This document shows, one piece after another, positions 31,461-41,552 of a stretch of DNA of 44,194 nt (position 1 is its first letter; the number at the start of each line of letters is the position of its first letter). Under the pieces are notes generated by a model. The model searched no databases. It worked only from the letters and a program-made list of their open reading frames with translations, and had not been told where the DNA came from. Both the position numbers and the translations under genes were made by a program. This DNA is from a virus (Duplodnaviria > Heunggongvirae > Uroviricota > Caudoviricetes): IMG/VR virus record IMGVR_UViG_2541047949_000001, one strand, 5' to 3'.

Positions 31461-32201
31461 ATGCCAACACCAAATCCTCTGGCACCGGTGAAAGGGGCCG
31501 GGACCACACTGTGGGTTTATAACGGGAGCGGCGACCCTTATGCAAACCCGCTTTCAGACAATGACTGGTCGCGTCTGGCAAAAATTAAAGACCTGACGCC
31601 CGGCGAACTGACCGCTGAGTCCTATGACGACAGTTATCTCGATGATGAAGATGCGGACTGGACCGCGACCGGGCAGGGGCAGAAATCCGCCGGAGATACC
31701 AGCTTCACGCTGGCGTGGATGCCCGGAGAGCAGGGGCAGCAGGCGCTGCTGGCGTGGTTTAATGAAGGTGATACCCGTGCCTATAAAATCCGCTTCCCGA
31801 ACGGCACGGTCGATGTGTTCCGTGGCTGGGTCAGCAGTATCGGTAAGGCGGTGACGGCGAAGGAAGTGATCACCCGTACGGTGAAGGTCACCAATGTGGG
31901 CCGTCCGTCAATGGCAGAAGATCGCAGTACGGTGACGGCGGCAACCGGTATGACCGTGACGCCTGCCAGCTCCTCGGTGGTGAAAGGGCAGAGCACCACG
32001 CTGACCGTGGCCTTCCAGCCGGAGGGCGCAACTGACAAGAGCTTCCGTGCGGTGTCAGCGGATAAAACAAAAGCCACCGTGTCGGTCAGTGGTATGACCA
32101 TCACCGTGAACGGCGTTGCTGCAGGCAAGGTCAACATTCCGGTTGTATCCGGTAATGGTGAACTTGCTGCGGTTGCAGAAATCACTGTCACCGACAGTTA
32201 A
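31461..32201 (+). CDS. V: Major tail tube protein V
   Basis: From [20 protein letters not shown]...; lambda gpV-like including C-terminal Ig-like domain. Confidence 0.9.
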   Translation: MPTPNPLAPVKGAGTTLWVYNGSGDPYANPLSDNDWSRLAKIKDLTPGELTAESYDDSYLDDEDADWTATGQGQKSAGDTSFTLAWMPGEQGQQALLAWFNEGDTRAYKIRFPNGTVDVFRGWVSSIGKAVTAKEVITRTVKVTNVGRPSMAEDRSTVTAATGMTVTPASSSVVKGQSTTLTVAFQPEGATDKSFRAVSADKTKATVSVSGMTITVNGVAAGKVNIPVVSGNGELAAVAEITVTDS

Positions 32202-32216
32202 TCCGGAGAGTCAGCG

Positions 32217-32639
32217 ATGTTCCTGAAAACCGAATCATTTGAACATAACGGCGTGACCGTCACGCTTTCTGAACTGTCAGCCCTGCAGCGTATTGAGCAT
32301 CTCGCCCTGATGAAACAGCAGGCAGAACAGGCGGAGTCAGACAGCAACCGGCAGGTTACTGTGGAAGACGCCATCAGAACCGGTGCTTTTGTGGTGGCGA
32401 TGTCCCTGTGGCATAACCATCCGCAGAAGACAAAGCAGCCTTCCATGAATGAAGCCGTTAAACAGATTGAGCAGGAAGTGCTTACCACCTGGCCCGCGGA
32501 GGCAATTTCTCATGCTGAAAACGTGGTGTACCGGCTGTCCGGTATGTATGGGTTTGTGGTGAATGATGCCCCTGACCAGGCAGAGGACTCCGGGCCTGCA
32601 GAGCCTGTTTCTGCGGGAAAGTGTTCGACGGTGAGCTGA
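32217..32639 (+). CDS. G: Tail assembly chaperone G
   Basis: 140 aa lambda gpG-like; slippery GGGAAAG at 32615..32621. Confidence 0.9.
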   Translation: MFLKTESFEHNGVTVTLSELSALQRIEHLALMKQQAEQAESDSNRQVTVEDAIRTGAFVVAMSLWHNHPQKTKQPSMNEAVKQIEQEVLTTWPAEAISHAENVVYRLSGMYGFVVNDAPDQAEDSGPAEPVSAGKCSTVS

Positions 32640-33055
32640 GTTTTGCCCTGAAACTGGCGCGAGAGATGGGGCGACCTGACTGGCGCGCCATGCTTGCCGG
32701 GATGTCATCCACGGAGTATGCCGACTGGCACCGCTTTTACAGTACCCATTATTTTCATGATGTTCTGCTGAATATGCACTTTTCCGGGCTGACGTACACT
32801 GTGCTCAGCCTGTTTTTCAGCGATCCGGATATGCATCCGCTGGATTTCAGTTTGCTGAACCGGCGTGAGGATGACGAAGAGCCTGAAGATGATGTGCTGA
32901 TGCAGAAAGCGGCAGGGCTTACCGGAGGCGTCCGCTTTGACCCGGACGGAAATGAAGTTATCCCCGCTTCCCCGGATATGGCGGGCATGACGGAGGATGA
33001 CGTAATGCTGATGACAGTATCAGAAGGGATCGCAGGAGGAGTCCGGTATGGCTGA
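32621..33055 (+). CDS. T: T segment of tail assembly chaperone G-T (made by -1 frameshift from G)
   Basis: 144-aa -1-frame ORF overlapping G 3' end at the slippery heptamer, as in lambda. Confidence 0.85.
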   Translation: MFDGELSFALKLAREMGRPDWRAMLAGMSSTEYADWHRFYSTHYFHDVLLNMHFSGLTYTVLSLFFSDPDMHPLDFSLLNRREDDEEPEDDVLMQKAAGLTGGVRFDPDGNEVIPASPDMAGMTEDDVMLMTVSEGIAGGVRYG

Positions 33056-35609
33056 ACCGGTAGGCGATCTGGTCGTTGATTTAAGTCTGGATGCGGCCAG
33101 ATTTGACGAGCAGATGGCCAGAGTCAGGCGTCATTTTTCCGGTACGGAAAGTGATGCGAAAAAAACAGCGGCAGTCGTTGAACAGTCGCTGAGCCGACAG
33201 GCGCTGGCTGCACAGAAAGCGGGGATTTCCGTCGGGCAGTATAAAGCCGCCATGCGTATGCTGCCTGCACAGTTCACCGACGTGGCCACGCAGCTTGCAG
33301 GCGGGCAAAGCCCGTGGCTGATCCTGCTGCAACAGGGTGGTCAGGTTAAGGACTCCTTCGGCGGGATGATCCCCATGTTCCGGGGGCTTGCCGGTGCGAT
33401 CACCCTGCCGATGGTCGGGGCCACCTCGCTGGCGGTGGCGACCGGTGCGCTGGCGTATGCCTGGTATCAGGGTAACTCAACCCTGTCCGATTTCAACAAA
33501 ACGCTGGTCCTTTCCGGCAATCAGTCGGGTCTGACGGCAGATCGTATGCTGGTCCTGTCCAGAGCCGGGCAGGCGGCAGGGCTGACGTTTAACCAGACCA
33601 GCGAGTCACTCAGCGCACTGGTTAAGGCGGGAGTAAGCGGTGAGGCTCAGATTGCATCCATCAGCCAGAGTGTGGCGCGTTTCTCCTCTGCATCCGGCGT
33701 GGAGGTGGACAAGGTCGCTGAAGCCTTCGGGAAGCTGACCACTGACCCGACGTCGGGGCTGACGGCGATGGCGCGCCAGTTCCATAACGTAACGGCGGAG
33801 CAGATTGCGTATGTTGCTCAGTTGCAGCGTTCCGGCGATGAATCCGGGGCATTGCAGGCGGCGAACGAGGCCGCAACGAAAGGGTTTGATGACCAGACCC
33901 GACGCCTGAAAGAGAACATGGGCACGCTGGAAACCTGGGCAGACAGGACAGCACGGGCATTCAAATCCATGTGGGATGCGGTGCTGGATATTGGTCGTCC
34001 TGATACCGCTCAGGAGATGCTGATTAAGGCAGAGGCTGCGTTTAAGAAAGCGGACGACATCTGGAATCTGCGCAAGGATGATTATTTTGTTAACGATGAA
34101 GCGCGGGCGCGTTACTGGGATGATCGTGAAAAGGCCCGTCTTGCGCTTGAAGCCGCCCGAAAGAAGGCTGAACAGCAGAGTCAACAGGACAAAAATGCGC
34201 AGCAGCAGAGCGATACCGAAGCATCACGGCTGAAATATACCGAAGAGGCGCAGAAGGCTTACGAACGGCTGCAGACACCGCTGGAGAAATATACCGCCCG
34301 TCAGGAAGAACTGAACAAGGCACTGAAAGACGGGAAAATCCTGCAGGCAGATTACAACACGCTGATGGCGGCGGCGAAAAAGGATTATGAAGCGACGCTG
34401 AAAAAGCCGAAACAGTCCGGCGTGAAGGTGTCTGCGGGCGATCGTCAGGAAGACAGTGCTCATGCTGCCCTGCTGACGCTTCAGGCTGAACTCCGGACGC
34501 TGGAGAAGCATGCCGGAGCAAATGAGAAAATCAGCCAGCAGCGCCGGGATTTGTGGAAGGCGGAGAGTCAGTTCGCGGTACTGGAGGAGGCGGCGCAACG
34601 TCGCCAGCTGTCTGCACAGGAGAAATCCCTGCTGGCGCATAAAGATGAGACGCTGGAGTACAAACGCCAGCTGGCTGCACTTGGCGACAAGGTTACGTAT
34701 CAGGAGCGCCTGAACGCGCTGGCGCAGCAGGCGGATAAATTCGCACAGCAGCAACGGGCAAAACGGGCCGCTATTGATGCGAAAAGCCGGGGGCTGACTG
34801 ACCGGCAGGCAGAACGGGAAGCCACGGAACAGCGCCTGAAGGAACAGTATGGCGATAATCCTCTGGCGCTGAATAACGTCATGTCAGAGCAGAAAAAGAC
34901 CTGGGCGGCTGAAGACCTGCTTCGCGGGAACTGGATGGCAGGCCTGAAGTCCGGCTGGAGTGAGTGGGAAGAGAGTGCCACGGACAGTATGTCGCAGGTT
35001 AAAAGTGCTGCCACGCAGACCTTTGATGGTATTGCGCAGAATATGGCGGCGATGCTGACCGGCAGTGAACAGAACTGGCGCAGCTTCACCCGTTCCGTGC
35101 TGTCCATGATGACAGAAATTCTGCTTAAGCAGGCAATGGTGGGGATTGTCGGGAGTATCGGCAGCGCTATTGGCGGGGCTGTTGGTGGCGGCGCATCCGC
35201 GTCAGGCGGTACAGCCATTCAGGCCGCTGCGGCGAAACTCCATTTTGCAACCGGAGGATTTACGGGAACCGGCGGCAAATATGAGCCAGCGGGGATTGTT
35301 CACCGTGGTGAATTTGTCTTCACGAAGGAGGCAACCAGCCGGATTGGCGTGGGAAATCTCTACCGGCTGATGCGCGGCTATGCCACCGGCGGTTATGTCG
35401 GTGGCACCGGAAGTCCGGCGCAAATGCGGCGTTCAGAGGGTATCAGGTTTGAGCAGAACAACAACGTGGTGATTCAGAACGACGGTACGAATGGTCTGCC
35501 AGGTCCACAGATGATGAAGGCGGTGTATGACATGGCCCGCAAGGGTGCCCGTGATGAAATCCAGGCACAGATGCGCGATGGTGGTCTGTTCTCCGGAGGT
35601 GGACGATGA
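33048..35609 (+). CDS. H: Tail tape-measure protein H
   Basis: 853 aa, same length as lambda gpH. Confidence 0.95.
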   Translation: MAEPVGDLVVDLSLDAARFDEQMARVRRHFSGTESDAKKTAAVVEQSLSRQALAAQKAGISVGQYKAAMRMLPAQFTDVATQLAGGQSPWLILLQQGGQVKDSFGGMIPMFRGLAGAITLPMVGATSLAVATGALAYAWYQGNSTLSDFNKTLVLSGNQSGLTADRMLVLSRAGQAAGLTFNQTSESLSALVKAGVSGEAQIASISQSVARFSSASGVEVDKVAEAFGKLTTDPTSGLTAMARQFHNVTAEQIAYVAQLQRSGDESGALQAANEAATKGFDDQTRRLKENMGTLETWADRTARAFKSMWDAVLDIGRPDTAQEMLIKAEAAFKKADDIWNLRKDDYFVNDEARARYWDDREKARLALEAARKKAEQQSQQDKNAQQQSDTEASRLKYTEEAQKAYERLQTPLEKYTARQEELNKALKDGKILQADYNTLMAAAKKDYEATLKKPKQSGVKVSAGDRQEDSAHAALLTLQAELRTLEKHAGANEKISQQRRDLWKAESQFAVLEEAAQRRQLSAQEKSLLAHKDETLEYKRQLAALGDKVTYQERLNALAQQADKFAQQQRAKRAAIDAKSRGLTDRQAEREATEQRLKEQYGDNPLALNNVMSEQKKTWAAEDLLRGNWMAGLKSGWSEWEESATDSMSQVKSAATQTFDGIAQNMAAMLTGSEQNWRSFTRSVLSMMTEILLKQAMVGIVGSIGSAIGGAVGGGASASGGTAIQAAAAKLHFATGGFTGTGGKYEPAGIVHRGEFVFTKEATSRIGVGNLYRLMRGYATGGYVGGTGSPAQMRRSEGIRFEQNNNVVIQNDGTNGLPGPQMMKAVYDMARKGARDEIQAQMRDGGLFSGGGR

Positions 35610-35935
35610 AAACCTTCCGCTGGAAAGTGAAACCCGGGATGGATGTGACATCGGCTCCTTCCGTCAGGGAGGTGCGCTTTGGTGATGGCTATTCCCAGCG
35701 TGCGCCTGCCGGGCTGAACGCTGACCTGAAAACGTACAGCGTGACGCTGTCTGTCTCCCGTGAGGAGGCCACGGCGCTGGAGTCGTTTCTGGCTGAGCAC
35801 GGGGGCTGGAAGGCCTTTCTGTGGACGCCGCCTTATGGTTACAGGCAGATAAAGGTGACCTGCGCAAAATGGTCGTCGCGGGTCAGTATGCTGCGTGTTG
35901 AGTTCAGCGCAGAGTTTGAACAGGTGGTGAACTGA
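35606..35935 (+). CDS. M: Tail tip protein M
   Basis: 109 aa lambda gpM-like. Confidence 0.9.
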   Translation: MKTFRWKVKPGMDVTSAPSVREVRFGDGYSQRAPAGLNADLKTYSVTLSVSREEATALESFLAEHGGWKAFLWTPPYGYRQIKVTCAKWSSRVSMLRVEFSAEFEQVVN

Positions 35936-36633
35936 TGCAGGATATCCGGCAGGAAACATTGAATGAATGCACCCGTGCGGAGCAGTCGGCCAGCGTGGTG
36001 CTCTGGGAAATCGATCTGACAGAGGTCGGTGGAGAACGTTATTTTTTCTGTAATGAGCAGAACGAAAAAGGTGAGCCGGTCACCTGGCAGGGGCGACAGT
36101 ATCAGCCGTATCCCATTCAGGGGAGTAGTTTTGAACTGAATGGCAAAGGCACCAGTACGCGCCCCACGCTGACGGTTTCTAACCTGTACGGTATGGTCAC
36201 CGGGATGGTGGAAGATCTGCAGAGTCTGGTCGGCGGAACGGTGGTCAGGCGTAAGGTTTACGCCCGTTTTCTGGATGCGGTGAACTTCGTCAACGGAAAC
36301 AGCGACGCCGATCCGGAGCAGGAGGTGATCAGCCGCTGGCGCATCGAGCAGTGCAGCGAACTGAGTGCGGTCAGTGCCTCCTTTGTACTGTCCACACCGA
36401 CGGAAACGGATGGTGCCGTTTTTCCGGGGCGCATCATGCTGGCTAATACCTGCACCTGGACCTATCGCGGTGATGAGTGCGGTTATCACGGTCCGGCGGT
36501 CGCGGATGAATATGATCAGCCGACTTCCGATATCACGAAGGATAAATGCAGCAAATGCCTGAGCGGCTGTAAGTTTCGCAATAACGTCGGCAACTTTGGC
36601 GGCTTCCTTTCCATTAACAAACTTTCGCAGTAA
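35935..36633 (+). CDS. L: Tail tip protein L
   Basis: 232 aa lambda gpL-like. Confidence 0.9.
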   Translation: MQDIRQETLNECTRAEQSASVVLWEIDLTEVGGERYFFCNEQNEKGEPVTWQGRQYQPYPIQGSSFELNGKGTSTRPTLTVSNLYGMVTGMVEDLQSLVGGTVVRRKVYARFLDAVNFVNGNSDADPEQEVISRWRIEQCSELSAVSASFVLSTPTETDGAVFPGRIMLANTCTWTYRGDECGYHGPAVADEYDQPTSDITKDKCSKCLSGCKFRNNVGNFGGFLSINKLSQ

Positions 36634-36638
36634 ATCCC

Positions 36639-37382
36639 ATGACAGAGACAGAATCAGCGATTCTGGCGCATGCCCGGCGATGTGCGCCAGCGGAGTCGTG
36701 CGGCTTCGTGGTGAGAGCGCCGGAGGGGGAAAGATATTTTCCCTGCGTGAATATCTCCGGTGAGCCGGAGGCGTATTTCCGGATGGCTCCGGAGGACTGG
36801 CTGCAGGCAGAGATGCAGGGTGAGATTGTGGCGCTGGTCCACAGTCATCCCGGTGGTCTGCCCTGGCTGAGTGAGGCCGACCGGCGGCTGCAGGTGCAGA
36901 GTGATTTGCCGTGGTGGCTGGTCTGCCGGGGGGCGATTCATAAGTTCCGCTGTGTGCCGCATCTCACCGGGCGGCGCTTTGAGCACGGGGTGACGGACTG
37001 TTACACGCTGTTCCGGGACGCTTACCATCTGGCGGGGATTGAGATGCCGGACTTTCATCGTGAGGATGACTGGTGGCGTAACGGCCAGAATCTCTATCTT
37101 GATAATCTGGAGGCCACAGGGCTGTATCAGGTGCCGTTGTCAGCGGCGCAGCCGGGCGATGTGCTGCTGTGCTGCTTTGGTTCATCGGTGCCGAATCATG
37201 CCGCTATTTACTGTGGTGACGGCGAGCTGCTGCACCATATTCCTGAACAACTGAGTAAACGAGAGAGGTATACCGACAAATGGCAGCGACGCACACACTC
37301 CCTCTGGCGTCACCGGGCATGGCGCGCATCTGCCTTTACGGGGATTTACAACGATTTGGCCGCCGCATCGACCTTCGTGTGA
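36639..37382 (+). CDS. K: Tail tip assembly protein K (JAMM/MPN plus NlpC/P60-like)
   Basis: 247-aa continuous ORF with HSHPGGLPWLSEAD (HxHx7Sx2D) motif; classical lambda annotation would start at the ATG at 36783 (199 aa). Confidence 0.8.
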   Translation: MTETESAILAHARRCAPAESCGFVVRAPEGERYFPCVNISGEPEAYFRMAPEDWLQAEMQGEIVALVHSHPGGLPWLSEADRRLQVQSDLPWWLVCRGAIHKFRCVPHLTGRRFEHGVTDCYTLFRDAYHLAGIEMPDFHREDDWWRNGQNLYLDNLEATGLYQVPLSAAQPGDVLLCCFGSSVPNHAAIYCGDGELLHHIPEQLSKRERYTDKWQRRTHSLWRHRAWRASAFTGIYNDLAAASTFV

Positions 37383-37951
37383 AAACGGGGGCTGAAGCCA
37401 TCCGCGCACTGGCCACACAGCTCCCGGTGTTTCGTCAGAAACTGAGCGACGGCTGGTATCAGGTACGGATTGCCGGGCGGGACGTCAGCACGTCCGGGTT
37501 AACGGCGCAGTTACATGAGACTCTGCCTGATGGCGCTGTGATTCATATTGTTCCCAGAGTCGCCGGGGCCAAGTCAGGTGGCGTATTCCAGATTGTCCTG
37601 GGGGCTGCCGCCATTGCCGGATCATTCTTTACCGCCGGAGCCACCCTTGCAGCATGGGGGGCAGCCATTGGGGCCGGTGGTATGACCGGCATCCTGTTTT
37701 CTCTCGGTGCCAGTATGGTGCTCGGTGGTGTGGCGCAGATGCTGGCACCGAAAGCCAGAACTCCCCGTACACAGACAACGGATAACGGCAAACAGAACAC
37801 CTATTTCTCCTCACTGGATAACATGGTTGCCCAGGGCAATGTTCTGCCGGTTCTGTACGGTGAAATGCGCGTGGGGTCACGCGTGGTTTCTCAGGAGATC
37901 AGCACGGCAGACGAAGGGGATGGTGGTCAGGTTGTGGTGATTGGTCGCTGA
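37280..37951 (+). CDS. I: Tail tip assembly protein I
   Basis: 223 aa lambda gpI-like, overlapping K 3' end by 103 nt in another frame. Confidence 0.85.
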   Translation: MAATHTLPLASPGMARICLYGDLQRFGRRIDLRVKTGAEAIRALATQLPVFRQKLSDGWYQVRIAGRDVSTSGLTAQLHETLPDGAVIHIVPRVAGAKSGGVFQIVLGAAAIAGSFFTAGATLAAWGAAIGAGGMTGILFSLGASMVLGGVAQMLAPKARTPRTQTTDNGKQNTYFSSLDNMVAQGNVLPVLYGEMRVGSRVVSQEISTADEGDGGQVVVIGR

Positions 37952-37969
37952 TGCAAAATGTTTTATGTG

Positions 37970-37990
37970 AAACCGCCTCCGGGCGGTTTT
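37970..37990 (+). terminator. Hairpin between I and J (possible attenuator)
   Basis: AACCGCCtccgGGCGGTT followed by TTTATCGTTT. Confidence 0.35.
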
Positions 37991-38011
37991 ATCGTTTATG
38001 GAGCATGAGGA

Positions 38012-41000
38012 ATGGGTAAAGGCAGCAGTAAGGGGCATACCCCGCGCGAAGCGAAGGACAACCTGAAATCATCCCAGATGCTGAGCGTGATAGACGCCAT
38101 CAGCGAAGGGCCGGTTGAAGGTCCGGTGGATGGATTAAAAAGCGTGCTGCTGAACAGTACGCCGGTGCTGGACAGTGAGGGGAATACCAATATATTCGGC
38201 GTCACGGTGGTGTTCCGGGCCGGTGAGCAGGAGCAGACTCCGCCGGAGGGATTTGAATCCTCCGGCTCCGAGACGGTGCTCGGTACAGAAGTGAAATATG
38301 ACACGCCGATCACCCGGACCATCACGTCGGCAAACATTGACCGTCTGCGTTTTACTTTCGGCGTGCAGGCACTGGTGGAAACCACCTCAAAGGGGGACAG
38401 GAATCCATCGGAAGTCCGCCTGCTGGTTCAGATTCAACGTAACGGTGGCTGGGTGACGGAAAAAGACATCACCATTAAGGGCAAAACCACGTCGCAGTAT
38501 CTGGCCTCGGTGGTGGTGGATAACCTGCCGCCGCGCCCGTTTAATATCCGGATGCGCAGGATGACGCCGGACAGCACCACAGACCAGTTGCAGAACAAAA
38601 CGCTCTGGTCGTCATACACCGAAATCATCGATGTGAAACAGTGCTACCCGAACACGGCACTGGTCGGCGTACAGGTGGACTCGGAGCAGTTCGGCAGCCA
38701 GCAGGTGAGCCGTAATTATCATCTTCGCGGGCGCATTCTGCAGGTGCCGTCGAACTATAACCCGCAGACGCGGCAATACAGCGGTATCTGGGACGGAACG
38801 TTTAAGCCAGCATACAGCAACAACATGGCCTGGTGTCTGTGGGATATGCTGACCCATCCGCGCTACGGCATGGGGAAACGTCTTGGTGCGGCAGATGTGG
38901 ATAAATGGGCGCTGTATGTCATCGGCCAGAATTGCGACCAGTCAGTGCCGGACGGCTTTGGCGGCACGGAGCCGCGCATCACCTGTAATGCGTACCTGAC
39001 CACACAGCGCAAGGCGTGGGATGTGCTCAGTGATTTTTGCTCGGCGATGCGCTGTATGCCGGTATGGAACGGGCAGACGCTGACATTCGTGCAGGACCGA
39101 CCGTCGGATAAGGTGTGGACCTATAACCGCAGTAATGTGGTGATGCCGGATGATGGCGCGCCGTTCCGCTACAGCTTCAGCGCCCTGAAAGACCGCCATA
39201 ATGCCGTTGAGGTGAACTGGATTGACCCGGATAACGGCTGGGAGACGGCGACAGAGCTTGTGGAGGACACGCAGGCCATTGCCCGTTACGGTCGTAACGT
39301 CACGAAGATGGATGCCTTTGGCTGTACCAGCCGGGGGCAGGCACACCGCGCCGGGCTGTGGCTGATTAAAACGGAGCTGCTGGAAACGCAGACCGTGGAC
39401 TTCAGCGTGGGTGCAGAAGGGCTTCGCCATGTACCGGGCGATGTCATTGAAATCTGTGATGATGACTATGCGGGGATCAGCATCGGCGGGCGCGTGCTGG
39501 CGGTGAACAACCAGACGCGGACACTGACGCTCGACCGTGAAATCACGCTGCCATCCTCCGGCACCACGCTGATAAGCCTGGCTGACGGACAGGGGAATCC
39601 GGTCAGCGTGGAGGTCCAGTCCGTCACCGACGGCGTGAAGGTAAAAGTGAGCCGTGTTCCTGACGGCGTTGCAGAATACAGCGTGTGGGGGCTGAAGTTG
39701 CCAACGTTGCGCCAGCGCCTGTTCCGCTGTGTGAGTATCCGTGAGAACGATGACGGCACGTATGCCATCACTGCCGTGCAGCATGTACCGGAAAAAGAGG
39801 CCATCGTGGATAACGGGGCGCACTTTGACGGCGACCAGAGCGGCACGGTGAATGGTGTCACGCCGCCAGCGGTGCAGCACCTGACTGCCGAAGTCACCGC
39901 AGACAGCGGGGAATATCAGGTGCTGGCGCGCTGGGACACGCCGAAGGTGGTGAAGGGGGTGAGCTTTATGCTTCGCCTGACCGTGGCAGCGGATGACGGC
40001 AGTGAGCGGCTGGTCAGCACGGCCCGGACGACGGAAACCACATACCGCTTCAGGCAACTGGCGCTGGGGAACTACAGGCTGACAGTCCGGGCGGTAAATG
40101 CGTGGGGGCAGCAGGGCGATCCGGCATCGGTATCGTTCCGGATTGCCGCACCGGCAGCGCCGTCGCAGATTGAGCTGACACCGGGGTATTTTCAGATAAC
40201 CGCCACGCCGCATCTTGCGGTTTATGATCCGACGGTACAGTTTGAGTTCTGGTTCTCGGAAAAGCGGATTGCGGATATCAGGCAGGTTGAAACCACAGCA
40301 CGCTATCTTGGCACGGCGCTGTACTGGATAGCCGCCAGTATCAATATCAAACCGGGCCATGATTATTATTTTTACATCCGCAGTGTGAACACCGTTGGCA
40401 AATCGGCATTTGTGGAGGCTGTTGGCCAGCCGAGTGATGATGCATCCGGCTATCTGAATTTTTTCAAAGGAGAGATAGGGAAAACCCATCTGGCTCAGGA
40501 GTTGTGGACGCAGATTGATAACGGTCAGCTTGCGCCTGACCTGGCTGAAATCAGGACGTCCATTACGGGTGTCAGCAATGAAATCACGCAGACCGTCAAT
40601 AAGAAACTGGAAGACCAGAGTGCAGCGATCCAGCAGATACAGAAGGTTCAGGTTGATACAAATAATAACCTGAACAGCATGTGGGCTGTGAAGCTGCAGC
40701 AGATGCAGGACGGACGCCTTTATATCGCGGGTATTGGTGCCGGTGTTGAGAATACTCCTGACGGTATGCAGAGTCAGGTGCTGCTGGCGGCGGACAGGAT
40801 TGCGATGATTAATCCTGCGAATGGCAACACAAAGCCGATGTTTGTTGGGCAGGGCGATCAGATATTCATGAACGAAGTGTTCCTGAAATATCTGACGGCT
40901 CCCACCATTACCAGCGGTGGCAATCCCCCAACGTTTTCACTGACACCTGATGGTCGACTTTCTGCGAAAAATGCGGATATCAGCGGTAACGTGAACGCGA

Positions 41001-41494
41001 ACTCCGGGACGCTCAACAACGTCACGATTAATCAGAACTGTCGGATTCTGGGAAAACTGTCAGCTAACCAGATTGAAGGTGATATTGTCAAAACGGTGGG
41101 AAAAGCCTTTCCGAGAAATGGCAGTTATGCCAGCGGTACAATAACGGTCACTGTGTACGATGACCAGGCTTTTGACCGTCAGATAGTAGTCCCCCCCGTT
41201 CTGTTTCGTGGGGGTAAGCATGAAAACTTCAACAGCAACAACCAACAGTCATACTGGTATTCAACCTGTAAGCTGCAGGTACTGAAGAACGGACAGGAAA
41301 TCTTTCAGCAACCCGCGACGGATGTCAGCAGGGTATTTTCATCAGTCATTGATATGCCTGCCGGACACGGCCATGTCACCCTGACTTTCAATGTTTCTTC
41401 ATATGGTGCTAATAACTGGACGCCAACGACCAGTATCAGCGACCTTCTTGTTGTTGTGATGAAGAAATCTACAGCCGGTATCAGTATCAGTTGA
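38012..41494 (+). CDS. J: Central tail fibre / host-specificity protein J
   Basis: 1160 aa, lambda gpJ-like over most of its length. Confidence 0.95.
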   Translation: MGKGSSKGHTPREAKDNLKSSQMLSVIDAISEGPVEGPVDGLKSVLLNSTPVLDSEGNTNIFGVTVVFRAGEQEQTPPEGFESSGSETVLGTEVKYDTPITRTITSANIDRLRFTFGVQALVETTSKGDRNPSEVRLLVQIQRNGGWVTEKDITIKGKTTSQYLASVVVDNLPPRPFNIRMRRMTPDSTTDQLQNKTLWSSYTEIIDVKQCYPNTALVGVQVDSEQFGSQQVSRNYHLRGRILQVPSNYNPQTRQYSGIWDGTFKPAYSNNMAWCLWDMLTHPRYGMGKRLGAADVDKWALYVIGQNCDQSVPDGFGGTEPRITCNAYLTTQRKAWDVLSDFCSAMRCMPVWNGQTLTFVQDRPSDKVWTYNRSNVVMPDDGAPFRYSFSALKDRHNAVEVNWIDPDNGWETATELVEDTQAIARYGRNVTKMDAFGCTSRGQAHRAGLWLIKTELLETQTVDFSVGAEGLRHVPGDVIEICDDDYAGISIGGRVLAVNNQTRTLTLDREITLPSSGTTLISLADGQGNPVSVEVQSVTDGVKVKVSRVPDGVAEYSVWGLKLPTLRQRLFRCVSIRENDDGTYAITAVQHVPEKEAIVDNGAHFDGDQSGTVNGVTPPAVQHLTAEVTADSGEYQVLARWDTPKVVKGVSFMLRLTVAADDGSERLVSTARTTETTYRFRQLALGNYRLTVRAVNAWGQQGDPASVSFRIAAPAAPSQIELTPGYFQITATPHLAVYDPTVQFEFWFSEKRIADIRQVETTARYLGTALYWIAASINIKPGHDYYFYIRSVNTVGKSAFVEAVGQPSDDASGYLNFFKGEIGKTHLAQELWTQIDNGQLAPDLAEIRTSITGVSNEITQTVNKKLEDQSAAIQQIQKVQVDTNNNLNSMWAVKLQQMQDGRLYIAGIGAGVENTPDGMQSQVLLAADRIAMINPANGNTKPMFVGQGDQIFMNEVFLKYLTAPTITSGGNPPTFSLTPDGRLSAKNADISGNVNANSGTLNNVTINQNCRILGKLSANQIEGDIVKTVGKAFPRNGSYASGTITVTVYDDQAFDRQIVVPPVLFRGGKHENFNSNNQQSYWYSTCKLQVLKNGQEIFQQPATDVSRVFSSVIDMPAGHGHVTLTFNVSSYGANNWTPTTSISDLLVVVMKKSTAGISIS

Positions 41495-41513
41495 ATTTTA
41501 TAACCCAGATACG

Positions 41514-41537
41514 GGCGCCAGAAATGGCGCCTTTTTT
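41514..41537 (+). terminator. Rho-independent terminator after J
   Basis: Hairpin GGCGCCagaaatGGCGCC followed by TTTTTT. Confidence 0.7.
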
Positions 41538-41552
41538 ATTTGTGGAGTGAAT

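Noticed and set aside
38942-40489. 515-aa minus-strand ORF inside J, plus similar long antisense ORFs inside H, A, B and C
   Set aside because: They lie antisense to well-supported lambda-like structural genes in GC-rich DNA, where long open frames arise by chance; products are Arg/Pro-rich and low-complexity.
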